From NCBI GenBank assembly GCA_963706795.1, contig OY970170.1, positions 270,001-302,000 of the forward strand: a stretch of 32,000 bases of DNA, read 5' to 3'. The stretch is from Candidatus Saccharimonadota bacterium. Lineage in GTDB: Bacteria > Patescibacteriota > Gracilibacteria > BD1-5 > UBA2023. This document shows, piece after piece, positions 7,632 through 15,959 of the stretch. Every line of letters starts with the position of its first letter. The first letter of the stretch is position 1. The translations under genes and the position numbers were made by a program. Under the pieces are notes generated by a model that was not told the origin of the DNA, made no database searches, and saw only the letters and a program-made list of their open reading frames with translations.

Positions 7632-9332
7632 ATGTCAGAAAAAAATACGAACGATATTGCGTCTACGACCGTAGAGCAGGCTTCTACAAAGAATGAAGTT
7701 CATCCTGTCTTCACCGAAAAGCCACAAACTCGTGAGCAGATTGGTCTCAAAGCGGCTAATGATCGCATTCGCATTCTTCAATGAGAAGAGGCAAAAATTA
7801 CGGATATCGAGCGAAAGCGCGAGATCCGTACTCAGATCAATTCGATCCGTCGTGAGAGCAATCGCAACGCACAAAAGGATGCCTATATGAATCCGAGCCT
7901 TTCTCAGGATGAGAAATTTTCGGCACGCGCAAAAGAACTCCTTGGGGATGGAGCGCTCGACACGGTTTCGGCGAAGAATCTTCTCACACTTGAGCGCACA
8001 CGACGAGGATCACTCTCGAAATTTTTTGCTTTTAAAAAGACCGTAGATGCTCAGGGTCTCGACCTCGAGGAGCCTCTCGATATAACAAAAGTAAAAGAAG
8101 GTGACGATATTGTTATCGATTTTTGACGGAATTCTGGTGCAGATATCAAGGTCGGTGCAGGTGATCTTCTGCCAATGAACATTAAAGCCGTCTCTATTAC
8201 GGACAATCATGGTCGTGTTCGAGTAGGTGTTCGATCGATCGCAAGTGGCAAAGTAGGATACTACGATGCCAGCGGATATATGGAAATCCACAATGGATAC
8301 TCCATTCACGTCCTCACCGAAGCAGAAACAAAGGCAGCGGTTGGCGCACTGAGTAGCACAGTAACTCTCAGTACTGACGAAACCAAAGAAAATGAAGCAA
8401 TGGATTCTTTTATGGAACAGGCAGATCGATTCCCTTCTCTTGCTCAGAGACTCACGGGAGCAAATATCGATCAATACAAATCATACCAAGAAAAGGCCAC
8501 AGCACTCGCAAAACAGATCGAATCAGAAACCGGAATCCCGTGGCAAGTAACCTATGGACAAGCTACGCTCGAAACCGGTTACGGACAGCATGCCCCAGGC
8601 AATAACTACTTTGGCATGAAGGGATCTGGTCAGTCACAGACCACTAAAGAGGTTATCAATGGTGTTGAAGTCACCGTAAAGGCAGGATTTAAAACCTATG
8701 CCAGTATGGAAGAATCTTTTGCGGACTATGCACGACTTCTCTCGACAAATGCGCGCTACAAAGGTGCATTCGAATACAAGAATGATCCCAAGGCATTTCT
8801 CCAAACTGTTATTGCTGGAGGATACGCGAGTGATCCAGCCTACGTCTGAAAAGTAGAAGCTATTTGGGGGGATTTTGATCGCATCCACAATGCAACAACT
8901 GAGAGTGTTGCAGGAATTCAGATCAATCCAGATATCAAAGTAAAACCAGATACACTCATTAGCTACGCAGAAGGCTATCTTGGTATGAAATATCAACTCG
9001 GGGCTGATGGCAAAAATGCAATTGACTGTTCACAGCTTGTCGTCGAATCCCTCAAAAAGGCAGGAATGGTAGATACTGGTTTTGACACTACTGCCGCAGG
9101 CTTTCATTCAATTGCAAAACACAAAAATCCACACGAAGTACAGCGATGAGATCTCGTATTTCTGCGTACTGGTAGCAAGATTACCCATGTTGAGATCGCC
9201 ACTGGTCCTGCAATAAATGGAGTCATCCCAATCCTAGATGCAAGCGGACGAAGCAACGCCGGCAAGGTTGCCTATCGCGAGCAACCAATTGACGGCCACG
9301 TCATAGTCGGAACACCACCGTTCTATGCATAA
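7632..9332 (+). CDS. Bifunctional peptidoglycan hydrolase: N-acetylglucosaminidase (FlgJ/Glucosaminidase-type) domain plus C-terminal NlpC/P60 endopeptidase (566 aa, table 25)
   Basis: One frame stays open from the ATG at 7632 to the TAA at 9330-9332, across TGAs at 7782, 8124, 8847 and 9147. The middle region GIPWQVTYGQATLETGYGQHAPGNNYFGMKG...ESFADYARLL is the glucosaminidase motif. The C-terminus YLGMKYQLGADGKNAIDCSQLV...EVQRGDLVFLRTGSKITHVEIA is NlpC/P60 with its catalytic Cys and His. Confidence 0.85.
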
Positions 9333-9367
9333 AAAAATCCCCACCTAAAAGGTGGGGATTTAATTTT
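9331..9367. terminator. Bidirectional rho-independent terminator
   Basis: aaaaaa atccccacc taaaa ggtggggat ttaatttt, lying between convergent genes. Confidence 0.8.
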
Positions 9368-9456
9368 ACTAATGAACACAAACAACAAATTGTGATTGTG
9401 TTTTAAAGTGCTGCAAATAGATTTATTTGAAAGTGACAACGAGAGGATGAGACTTG

Positions 9457-9966
9457 CTAGTCTCCGTGACGAGTAAAGCCACCTTTTGAATCACGCGTGC
9501 CTAAGTCGCCTTGTTCATTCCTTTGAAAAGAATTTTCTTGGGAATAGTACGATTCGGCATAGCGTGAATTATCAGAAGAACTGCCGGAGTTACCCTTCTT
9601 TTTGTCTCTACCAAAAAGAACTCCTATGATGATCACTACCGCAAGAATGATACCTTTCCACCATACACCAGTATCACCTTTCGTCTTTGTATATTCACCA
9701 TTTGCAATCTTCTGCTCGGCAGCTTCGATGTCTGCCTTGATCTTTTCGACTTGAGCAAGCTTGCTCTTGAGTCCATCAACAAGCGCTTCCTTGTTGTCGG
9801 ATGCATCGAACGCTTCAAAGAGGTCTTTAGCTTGAGCTTGAACTACACCTCTTTCTTTCTCAAGTTTTTTGATTGAACTCTGCAGTTCATCGAGTGTTGC
9901 TGCAGAAACTATGGCTGGATGCACGAAAAGTGCAACCAGGACTAACATCATCGATAAAACCTTCAT
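9457..9966 (-). CDS. Hypothetical membrane-anchored coiled-coil protein (signal peptide, helical ectodomain, TM, Ser/Gly-rich tail), 169 aa
   Basis: GGAGG lies 5 nt before the ATG at 9966. The N-terminus MKVLSMMLVLVALFVHPAIVSA looks like a signal peptide. A heptad-like region LDELQSSIKKLEKERG...KIKADIEAAEQKI follows, then a TM helix WWKGIILAVVIIIGVLFG, then RDKKKGNSGSSS. Confidence 0.65.
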   Translation of the reverse strand: MKVLSMMLVLVALFVHPAIVSAATLDELQSSIKKLEKERGVVQAQAKDLFEAFDASDNKEALVDGLKSKLAQVEKIKADIEAAEQKIANGEYTKTKGDTGVWWKGIILAVVIIIGVLFGRDKKKGNSGSSSDNSRYAESYYSQENSFQRNEQGDLGTRDSKGGFTRHGD

Positions 9967-10067
9967 CACAACCTCCAAATTGGTAGTTGAAAATATTTCT
10001 GTACTCTCGAAATAAGACGCAAGTTACACCTGTCGATTATCAGATGTAACCTTCAAATGAGCTAGAA

Positions 10068-10535
10068 TTAGTTTTTTCTCTTTTGAATCCTTTCTAAGAT
10101 TTCATACGCCTGTCTTTTAAGTTCGGCGTCTGTGGGTTTTTTAGGTTTCGTTTCTATTGGTTTCGTTTCAGGTTTTTTCTGAAATGAGATGGTATTATTA
10201 ATATCTGTACAGGTGCCTTCTTCCCATGGCCCATTCTTGAGTCGAATTTTACAAGCCCCATTGAGATCATTTTGATGCCAGATGCCCTGGAATTGTTTGC
10301 CGTTCGATAATGTATATGTACCAAACCCTTGGCGATACATTCCAGAAAAATTTCCTTCGTAACTATTTCCTGAGTTATCCAGAAAATAACCTATACCAGT
10401 TATACAATTTCCGCTAATACAACGTGGATCTTTTTTAATTTCCGGTGCATCGGGTTTTGTATATGAATACTTGCTCGATCCACATCCTGACAGACAAAAA
10501 ATGATGAACAAAGTCATCAAAGAAAGCAGTTTCAT
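10068..10535 (-). CDS. Lipoprotein with MORN-like repeats (155 aa)
   Basis: The lipobox MKLLSLMTLFIIFCLSGC is present. YEGNFSGMYRQGFGTYTLSNGKQFQGIWHQNDLNG resembles MORN repeats (YeGe...g.r.G.G.y...nG..y.G.w..n). The tail is K/P/E-rich. Confidence 0.7.
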   Translation of the reverse strand: MKLLSLMTLFIIFCLSGCGSSKYSYTKPDAPEIKKDPRCISGNCITGIGYFLDNSGNSYEGNFSGMYRQGFGTYTLSNGKQFQGIWHQNDLNGACKIRLKNGPWEEGTCTDINNTISFQKKPETKPIETKPKKPTDAELKRQAYEILERIQKRKN

Positions 10536-10678
10536 GATTTTTCCTCTCGTTTGTTAATGATCACTTGTTTTTCAGATTTTGTGAAAAGACATCTGTTTTA
10601 TACTCAAAACCGCATTAGTGTCAACTAATCAAGGCTCATTCAGCACTTCCTATTGCAAAGTTCGTAATATACCTCGGA

Positions 10679-11866
10679 TTAAAATATCCCAAGTTGACCA
10701 CTTGCAGGAGCTTCAACATTATCGAGATATCTCCAGAGTGTTTTGATGTCTTCTTTGAGTTCATATCCAATAATCTCGACATCAGCGGTGAGGAGTTTTT
10801 TGATAAACTCAGCAAATGGAACACGCGAGACATCTACAAAATATCTCCCAACTCCAGGAATATCAAGTGCGCATCCAGTAAGAGTTTCTGAGGTGCTACT
10901 TGTAGCAATTGCTACGCGTCAGGCTTGCAAGATCTGTACAAATATATGATCGAGTTTTTCGGTTTCGTCGACCCGCTCATAGTTGATACCTAGGGACTCG
11001 TAATTCGCGAGTACTTGCTCCTCATCCGGTAAAAGTGAACGAAATTCGAGTTCTCGGAAAAAATCTCGAACCGCAGGATTAACAATTGGACGATCTTTAA
11101 AAGCATGGGCCCCAAGATCAAAATCAAAGGCAACATTTGTATCAATGCTCGCAAGTTGCTTTGATAAAAAGGCGACTTCGCGGTTTTCTTCGAGAACAGC
11201 GCGTGTCTTTTCGGGCATTTTATCGAGGTTTTCGTAGATTGATTCGAGTGAACCAAATTCTGTAATGAGTGACTGTGCCTTTTTAGGACCAAAGCCGTGA
11301 ATTCCAGGAATATTGTCCGAAGTATCACCGGTAATTGCGAGATAATCTACGACGAATTCTGGGCCTACTCCAAATTTTTCACGGGCCTGCTCATCTCGTG
11401 CGATCATTCGCTTCATCGTGTCATAGACAGCAACATTCCCGCCAATAAATTGGTAGAGGTCCTTGTCCCCAGAGAGAATATAGAGATCATTTTCTTTATC
11501 CGTGCGGAGTTTTGTTACGAGTGTTCCGATGAGATCGTCTGCTTCAAATCCCATGAGCTCAAGCACAGGGATATCCATTGCAGCAAGGAGCTTTGTAATA
11601 TATTTTTCTTGGGATTTGAGATCGTCTGGCATGCGATCACGTGTTCCTTTGTACTCAGGATATATCTTCTCTCTAAAGGTCGCACCTTTCGCGTCCATCA
11701 CAAAGAGGAGAATGTCTGGTTTTTCACTCGAATGCAGTCCAAGAAGCGCTTTTGCGATACCAAATACCGCATTTACTGGCTCCCCTGCCTTGGTCGTAAA
11801 AGCAGGTACCGCATAAAACATACGATAGATGAGATTATAGCCGTCAATGAGAAATATTTTACGCAT
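10679..11866 (-). CDS. Pol I-type 5'-3' exonuclease (FEN-like) with a short vestigial 3'-5'-exonuclease-like tail and no polymerase domain (395 aa, table 25)
   Basis: MRKIFLIDGYNLIYRMFYAVP...GEPVNAVFG...EYKGTRD...GFEADDLIGTL...ILSGDKDLYQ...LAITGDTSDNIPGIHGFGPKKA is the canonical 5'-nuclease plus H3TH pattern. It reads through the TGA at 10919-10921 into GRVAIATSSTSETLTGCALDI...IIGYELKEDIKTLWRYL and stops at the TAA at 10679-10681. Confidence 0.85.
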
Positions 11867-11880
11867 GAGCCAAGGACGAA

Positions 11881-12309
11881 TTACTTGTTGCCAGTGGTTC
11901 CAAATCCACCACGGTCGACGTTATTCATTGCTTCAACGAGCTCAAAATCCGCGCGTTCGATTTTTACAAAAACCCCCTGACCAATACGCTCGCCCTTCTC
12001 GATAGTTACGGACTCTTTGCGCATATTGATAAACGGGAACTTGATCGTGTCTGTCTCACCGCAATAATCTCCATCGATAATCCCTACCGAATTTGTCTGC
12101 ATAAGACCAAAATTCTTAAAGGTGCTTGACCTTGGCTGCGTCTGGAGAAGATATCCTGCTGGCGTCTCGATGACAGTACCTGTATCTACAAGCTTAAATT
12201 CTCCTGGTCCAAAAGTAACTGTTTCTGAGGCTTCAAAGTCAAAAGCACATGCTCCTGAGGTCTTGTATTCGAGGGCTTTACCCGATTGATTTTTGATTCG
12301 TACTTTCAT
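11881..12309 (-). CDS. dut: dUTP diphosphatase (dUTPase), 142 aa
   Basis: SGACAFDFEA...PRSSTFKNFGLMQTNSVGIIDGDYCGE...GERIGQGVF...RGGFGTTGNK shows all the trimeric dUTPase motifs. Confidence 0.9.
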   Translation of the reverse strand: MKVRIKNQSGKALEYKTSGACAFDFEASETVTFGPGEFKLVDTGTVIETPAGYLLQTQPRSSTFKNFGLMQTNSVGIIDGDYCGETDTIKFPFINMRKESVTIEKGERIGQGVFVKIERADFELVEAMNNVDRGGFGTTGNK

Positions 12310-12358
12310 GAAAAAAAATTATAGAGAGAGTATATCTACGGGCCAAAAAATACGGAAT

Positions 12359-12384
12359 AAAAAAGTCCCGATCGGGACTTTTTT
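12359..12384 (-). terminator. Rho-independent terminator of the CARDB gene
   Basis: aaaaaa gtcccg at cgggac tttttt (palindromic). Confidence 0.8.
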
Positions 12385-12392
12385 AGAGAGAG

Positions 12393-13625
12393 CTAGTTAT
12401 AGTTAACGTATACGTTTTGTGTATAGCTATTATTGCCTTTATCTCGTTCGAGGATGGCATTGAGTGTATCAACATCGGCTCGTACTGTGTAGCTTCCGCT
12501 GTAGTAGAGATACATGAGCGCGAACTGTACATAGACATCCTGACACGTGTTGGCAGCGAGACTCGACGAGAAATTTACGCTTCGTACCGTTCCGCCAATA
12601 GTGAGCTGGAGATTAGTAGTCGTACCCGAAGTCATGCTTGAACCGTTGTTGCAGACATTAACAATGAATTCTCGTGCGATTCCATTCTGCTTGATATTGC
12701 GAACTACAAGATCAGCACGGTTTTCGTAACAGCTCGAGTTATTGTTGTAGCAATTACTATTGTTGTAGTTGTAATTGCAGTTTCCATTATTGGAATTGTA
12801 GCAATTGTTGTTGTAGTTATTACTCGTATTGCAGTCGTAGTAATAATTTGAATTATTCGTCGAATTATTTGAACCGTTTACGTAGTCGAATGTGTTGTAT
12901 GTATTCGTCTTTGTACCAGAGCGATATCCAGTTCGGCATGGGTAGCAATTGCTGCCAGTACAGTAGGTACTGTATGAGTTTGTTCCAGCGTATGGATTCT
13001 CGCGATAGATGTAGACTACCCCATTGCTTGTATTTGATCCCTGCCCAAAGAATGGACCAGCAGGACTAAAATTAATCGGATCTACAGTAGACGTATTGTT
13101 GTAGTAAGAGCCATTATTGTACGAATTATTATTCGTTGGCTGATACCAAGTGGTTGCACTATTTGAATTTCCCCAGAGATCAGTCGAAGGATTATTAGAA
13201 ATCACTTCTCGATCAGTCATTGGAGTCGTTGATCGGAGGATGTATTTATTGTTACTTGTTTCGATCTCGCGGCGAGCTCCGTCCCATCGGATAGTTGCTA
13301 CGATATCGTAATTACGATCTGCAGGCTTCCCAAAAGTACCAGCCGAAGAAATCTCAAATGACTGACATCGTCCAGATTGGATAGACACTCCATCAATCGT
13401 GCGTTCTGCAGTTTTACCAACAGAGCCACGAAGTGAGAGGACAAGGCTTCCAAGACCATTGGCCGTATCTCCTCGATTACATACTGTGAGTGTGTATGTT
13501 CGAGCAGTTTTTTGAATAAATTGAGTGAGCTCAAGATCTGGCACTCCATCATAGAGCGCATTAAATCCAGCGAATGTGCTCATTGGAAGTGTAAGTGCGA
13601 GGATTGCGAGGAGAGCGCGACGCAT
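12393..13625 (-). CDS. Secreted protein with two CARDB-like domains flanking an Asn/Tyr/Cys/Ser-rich low-complexity core (410 aa)
   Basis: The signal peptide is MRRALLAILALTLPMSTFAG. The N-terminal PDLELTQF...YTLTVCNRGDTANG...ETSNNKY and the C-terminal ADLVVRNIK...FIVNVCNNGSSMTSG...ERDKGNNSYTQNV both fit the CARDB pattern (pDL.v......v.V.N.G.........E.ne.NN). Stop is TAG. Confidence 0.7.
   Translation of the reverse strand: MRRALLAILALTLPMSTFAGFNALYDGVPDLELTQFIQKTARTYTLTVCNRGDTANGLGSLVLSLRGSVGKTAERTIDGVSIQSGRCQSFEISSAGTFGKPADRNYDIVATIRWDGARREIETSNNKYILRSTTPMTDREVISNNPSTDLWGNSNSATTWYQPTNNNSYNNGSYYNNTSTVDPINFSPAGPFFGQGSNTSNGVVYIYRENPYAGTNSYSTYCTGSNCYPCRTGYRSGTKTNTYNTFDYVNGSNNSTNNSNYYYDCNTSNNYNNNCYNSNNGNCNYNYNNSNCYNNNSSCYENRADLVVRNIKQNGIAREFIVNVCNNGSSMTSGTTTNLQLTIGGTVRSVNFSSSLAANTCQDVYVQFALMYLYYSGSYTVRADVDTLNAILERDKGNNSYTQNVYVNYN
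12695..13175 (-). repeat. Low-complexity coding tract (N/Y/S/C-rich) inside the CARDB gene
   Basis: It encodes ...NNSYNNGSYYNNTS...NNSTNNSNYYYDCNTSNNYNNNCYNSNNGNCNYNYNNSNCYNNNSSCYEN. The DNA is dominated by AAT/AAC/TAC/TGC/AGT codon repeats. Confidence 0.6.
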
Positions 13626-13653
13626 ATTTTGACAAGTTATGATTACAGGGTCT

Positions 13654-13680
13654 ACTATAGTAAATAGTACGGATTGTCAA
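13654..13680 (-). promoter_or_regulatory. Possible sigma-70-like promoter of the CARDB gene
   Basis: On the minus strand: TTGACA (13675-13680), a 15-nt spacer, then TATAGT (13654-13659). The spacer is short, so this is tentative. Confidence 0.3.
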
Positions 13681-13726
13681 GTATAATATTCAGATATCTT
13701 TAAAATAAAAGCGGGGAACTGGTAAC

Positions 13727-13767
13727 AAAAAAACAGAGATTTTAAACATCTCTGTTTTTTAAAAAAA
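13727..13767 (-). terminator. Rho-independent terminator (bidirectional-looking) of CDS 13778..15430
   Basis: aaaaaa acagagat tttaaac atctctgt ttttt aaaaaaa. Confidence 0.75.
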
Positions 13768-13777
13768 TGCCACGTAT

Positions 13778-15430
13778 CTACACTTTTTTTAATTTCTTTG
13801 GTTCAATGATTTTCTCTACCTCCCTGCTGACAACGGTAGCATGGAGATCAGAGAGGATTTTATTCTCTGGATAGGCCTCAAGGAGAGATGAACAGGTTTC
13901 GATATTATTTTTGAGGCGATTAAGTGAAGAAAATATCTGCGAGAGTTTGGTATCTGCTTCTGAGATCTCCGCCACCGTAGCAAGACCCCTCATCTCTTTT
14001 GTTGTTTTATCAAAATCCGTGCGGTGCTGTCTAAAACCCAAATGATACGCCTCAAGGCTTAAAAATGTTGTCTGGAAAAGACGATAGCTCTCAACGGTCA
14101 TCGCGATAGTCTCGATAGCGCCACTAATAGCCTCTGTAATGTCCGCTTCGATAGGCGCTTCACCCTTGAGTTTTCGCAGGAGAACATCTTCTTTGCGCGG
14201 AGTATAACTGACTCAGCCGAGAGAGCTCTCAAGCATTTTTCGAATATTTTCTGGGCTTAAACCACCAATCTGAGATGCAATCAACTCACGATTTTTGAGA
14301 ATTTGCTGATTGAGAAGGGAAAGTTTGGCAAGAACCGTGCTGAGCTCGTGAACTTCGCTTTGGTACTGCGCGAGCTCATCTTCTTCTTGGCCAGATCTAT
14401 TTTCTTGTCTTACTGTTTTACGTTTATCTTGAGCTTTTTCAGGATCTTTGGCCTTTCGGAGGAGATTTCGAGGGTTGCTTCTGCGAGCAAGATTGTCTTC
14501 GTGCATAAGCACACGACCATTTACTCGTTCAGCGTTTGAGAGCATTTTTGGGTATTCGATCTCGAGACTTCGAGTTTGTTCAAATATTTCCTTAATCTTT
14601 AGAAACTCTTGCAGTGTCTGATCAGGATGTGCCTCAATAAATCTCTTGCGCGCTCTGTGAAGGGCTCCGCTCCATGATTCAATTCTTTTTTGAAGCGCTA
14701 ATTCCTGAAAAGCATTAAAAGAATCGAGTGGATATTTTTCGAGAACTTTGCTCTGCATTTGTTTTATTGCATCCTCTTGGATATCAACCTCTTCGAGCAA
14801 TTTACGGACATGAGCGCGGATATCGCTTGATACGAGCTGAGAAAGCCTCACGGACGAGGGAAACATCAAGAGGTCGAATTGCGAAGCCTTCTCTCATTCA
14901 GACTGTATTCCTAAGAGATCAAGAAGCACTGAAATTCTTGGCCTTGTATTGTGAGGATTAAGCTCGAGTGATTCATCTACCTTAAAAAGCACCTCTTGAT
15001 GCTTCGATATATCTTTTTTTGGCGTATCGTAACCGTATTTGTCACTGAGCATCATGATTACTGTTTCGAGAATGTTTTCTTTGGTGCTTTTTGTGCGCTC
15101 TTTGCGAGCAAAAAACTGCACAATAGGTGCAAATCGCTCTCCAAACAAATAATTTCTGAGTTGTCTCTTTTGGTCATCCGAGAGCGTATCGTCATCGATC
15201 TCGAGCTTATCTTCGATTTCGATAAATTTAGTGATCGCTTGCCAGATACCTTCTGCCATACTCTCGGCTGGTCGAGTCTGCTGCAGCGTCCATTTAGCGA
15301 GCTTTGGAGAAGGTTCTCCAAGAGCGACAACACCATTCATGCTAGACATATTGCGAAATTTATAGCCTAAATAACTTGTGTAGTAATACGCAGATACCCC
15401 ACTCGAGTCAAACGAATGTGATAATTTCAT
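13778..15430 (-). CDS. Hypothetical, predominantly helical or coiled-coil protein (550 aa, table 25), no family recognised
   Basis: Track ORFs 14894..15430, 14213..14869 and 13778..14101 share one frame (the 1653-nt span is divisible by 3). They are joined only by TGAs at 14894-14896 and 14213-14215, and the intervening codons contain no TAA or TAG. Stop is TAG, followed by a terminator. Confidence 0.65.
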
Positions 15431-15494
15431 GTCTTTTTCCGTTTTTTTCTCTGTTTGATGATCTATTGTTGCCTCGCCATTTAATTATTTATAT

Positions 15495-15866
15495 ATGCAA
15501 GAAAACGAAAAAGCGCAGTACCGCCAAGCCTTTAAAGAAGGTGCCCAAAAAGAAGCTCACAAAGAGCTCCAAAATCTCATGAGAACCGTCGTAAAAACCC
15601 ACATCGATGAGCCAGGATGAACACAAAATATTTATAAGCTCTTCTCAGATATCTATGATGATGTCTTTTTGGATATGTATAACAAAAAGATCGACCTCAA
15701 ACGCAAAACACGCCACATGCTCGAGATGCTTTCGCTTCCTCATACACATAGACCATACGAAGAACGCATCAAGCTCTATCACGACATCATCGAAAATCGC
15801 ACTTACTACCAGCGAAAGCCAAAAGCAGAGAATACAGATGAAGAGGTTGAAGCTGCAAATTCGTAG
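15495..15866 (+). CDS. Hypothetical helical protein (123 aa, table 25)
   Basis: The ATG at 15495 is in frame with track ORF 15669..15866 across one TGA (HIDEPGGTQNIYK). Stop is TAG. It is divergent from 13778..15430. Confidence 0.5.
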
Positions 15867-15913
15867 AAATATTTCGCCGAATTTTCCGTTTTTTTCGTAG
15901 GGAGGCAGACTAT

Positions 15914-15952
15914 AAATCAGGCAAGTTCACGAACGAGACTATTTCCTGATTT
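15914..15952 (+). other. Inverted repeat (8-bp arms, 23-nt loop) just upstream of the 860-aa gene
   Basis: aaatcagg (15914-15921) pairs with cctgattt (15945-15952). It could be a weak terminator for 15495..15866 or a translational control element for 15960. Confidence 0.25.
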
Positions 15953-15959
15953 TAGCCAC

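Noticed and set aside
10636-10949. Small overlapping ORFs at 10636..10833 (-), 10694..10891 (+) and 10743..10949 (+) as separate genes
   Set aside because: The region is explained by table-25 read-through of the 5'-3' exonuclease gene, whose continuation resembles the Pol I Exo I/II region.
11297-11980. 227-aa plus-strand ORF antisense to the 5'-3' exonuclease and dut genes
   Set aside because: It is antisense to two well-supported genes and looks like a low-complexity shadow translation. Other shadow ORFs rejected the same way are 834..1091, 3534..3938, 5025..5423, 8010..8474, 15978..16502, 25674..26126, 26321..26887 and 30760..31278.
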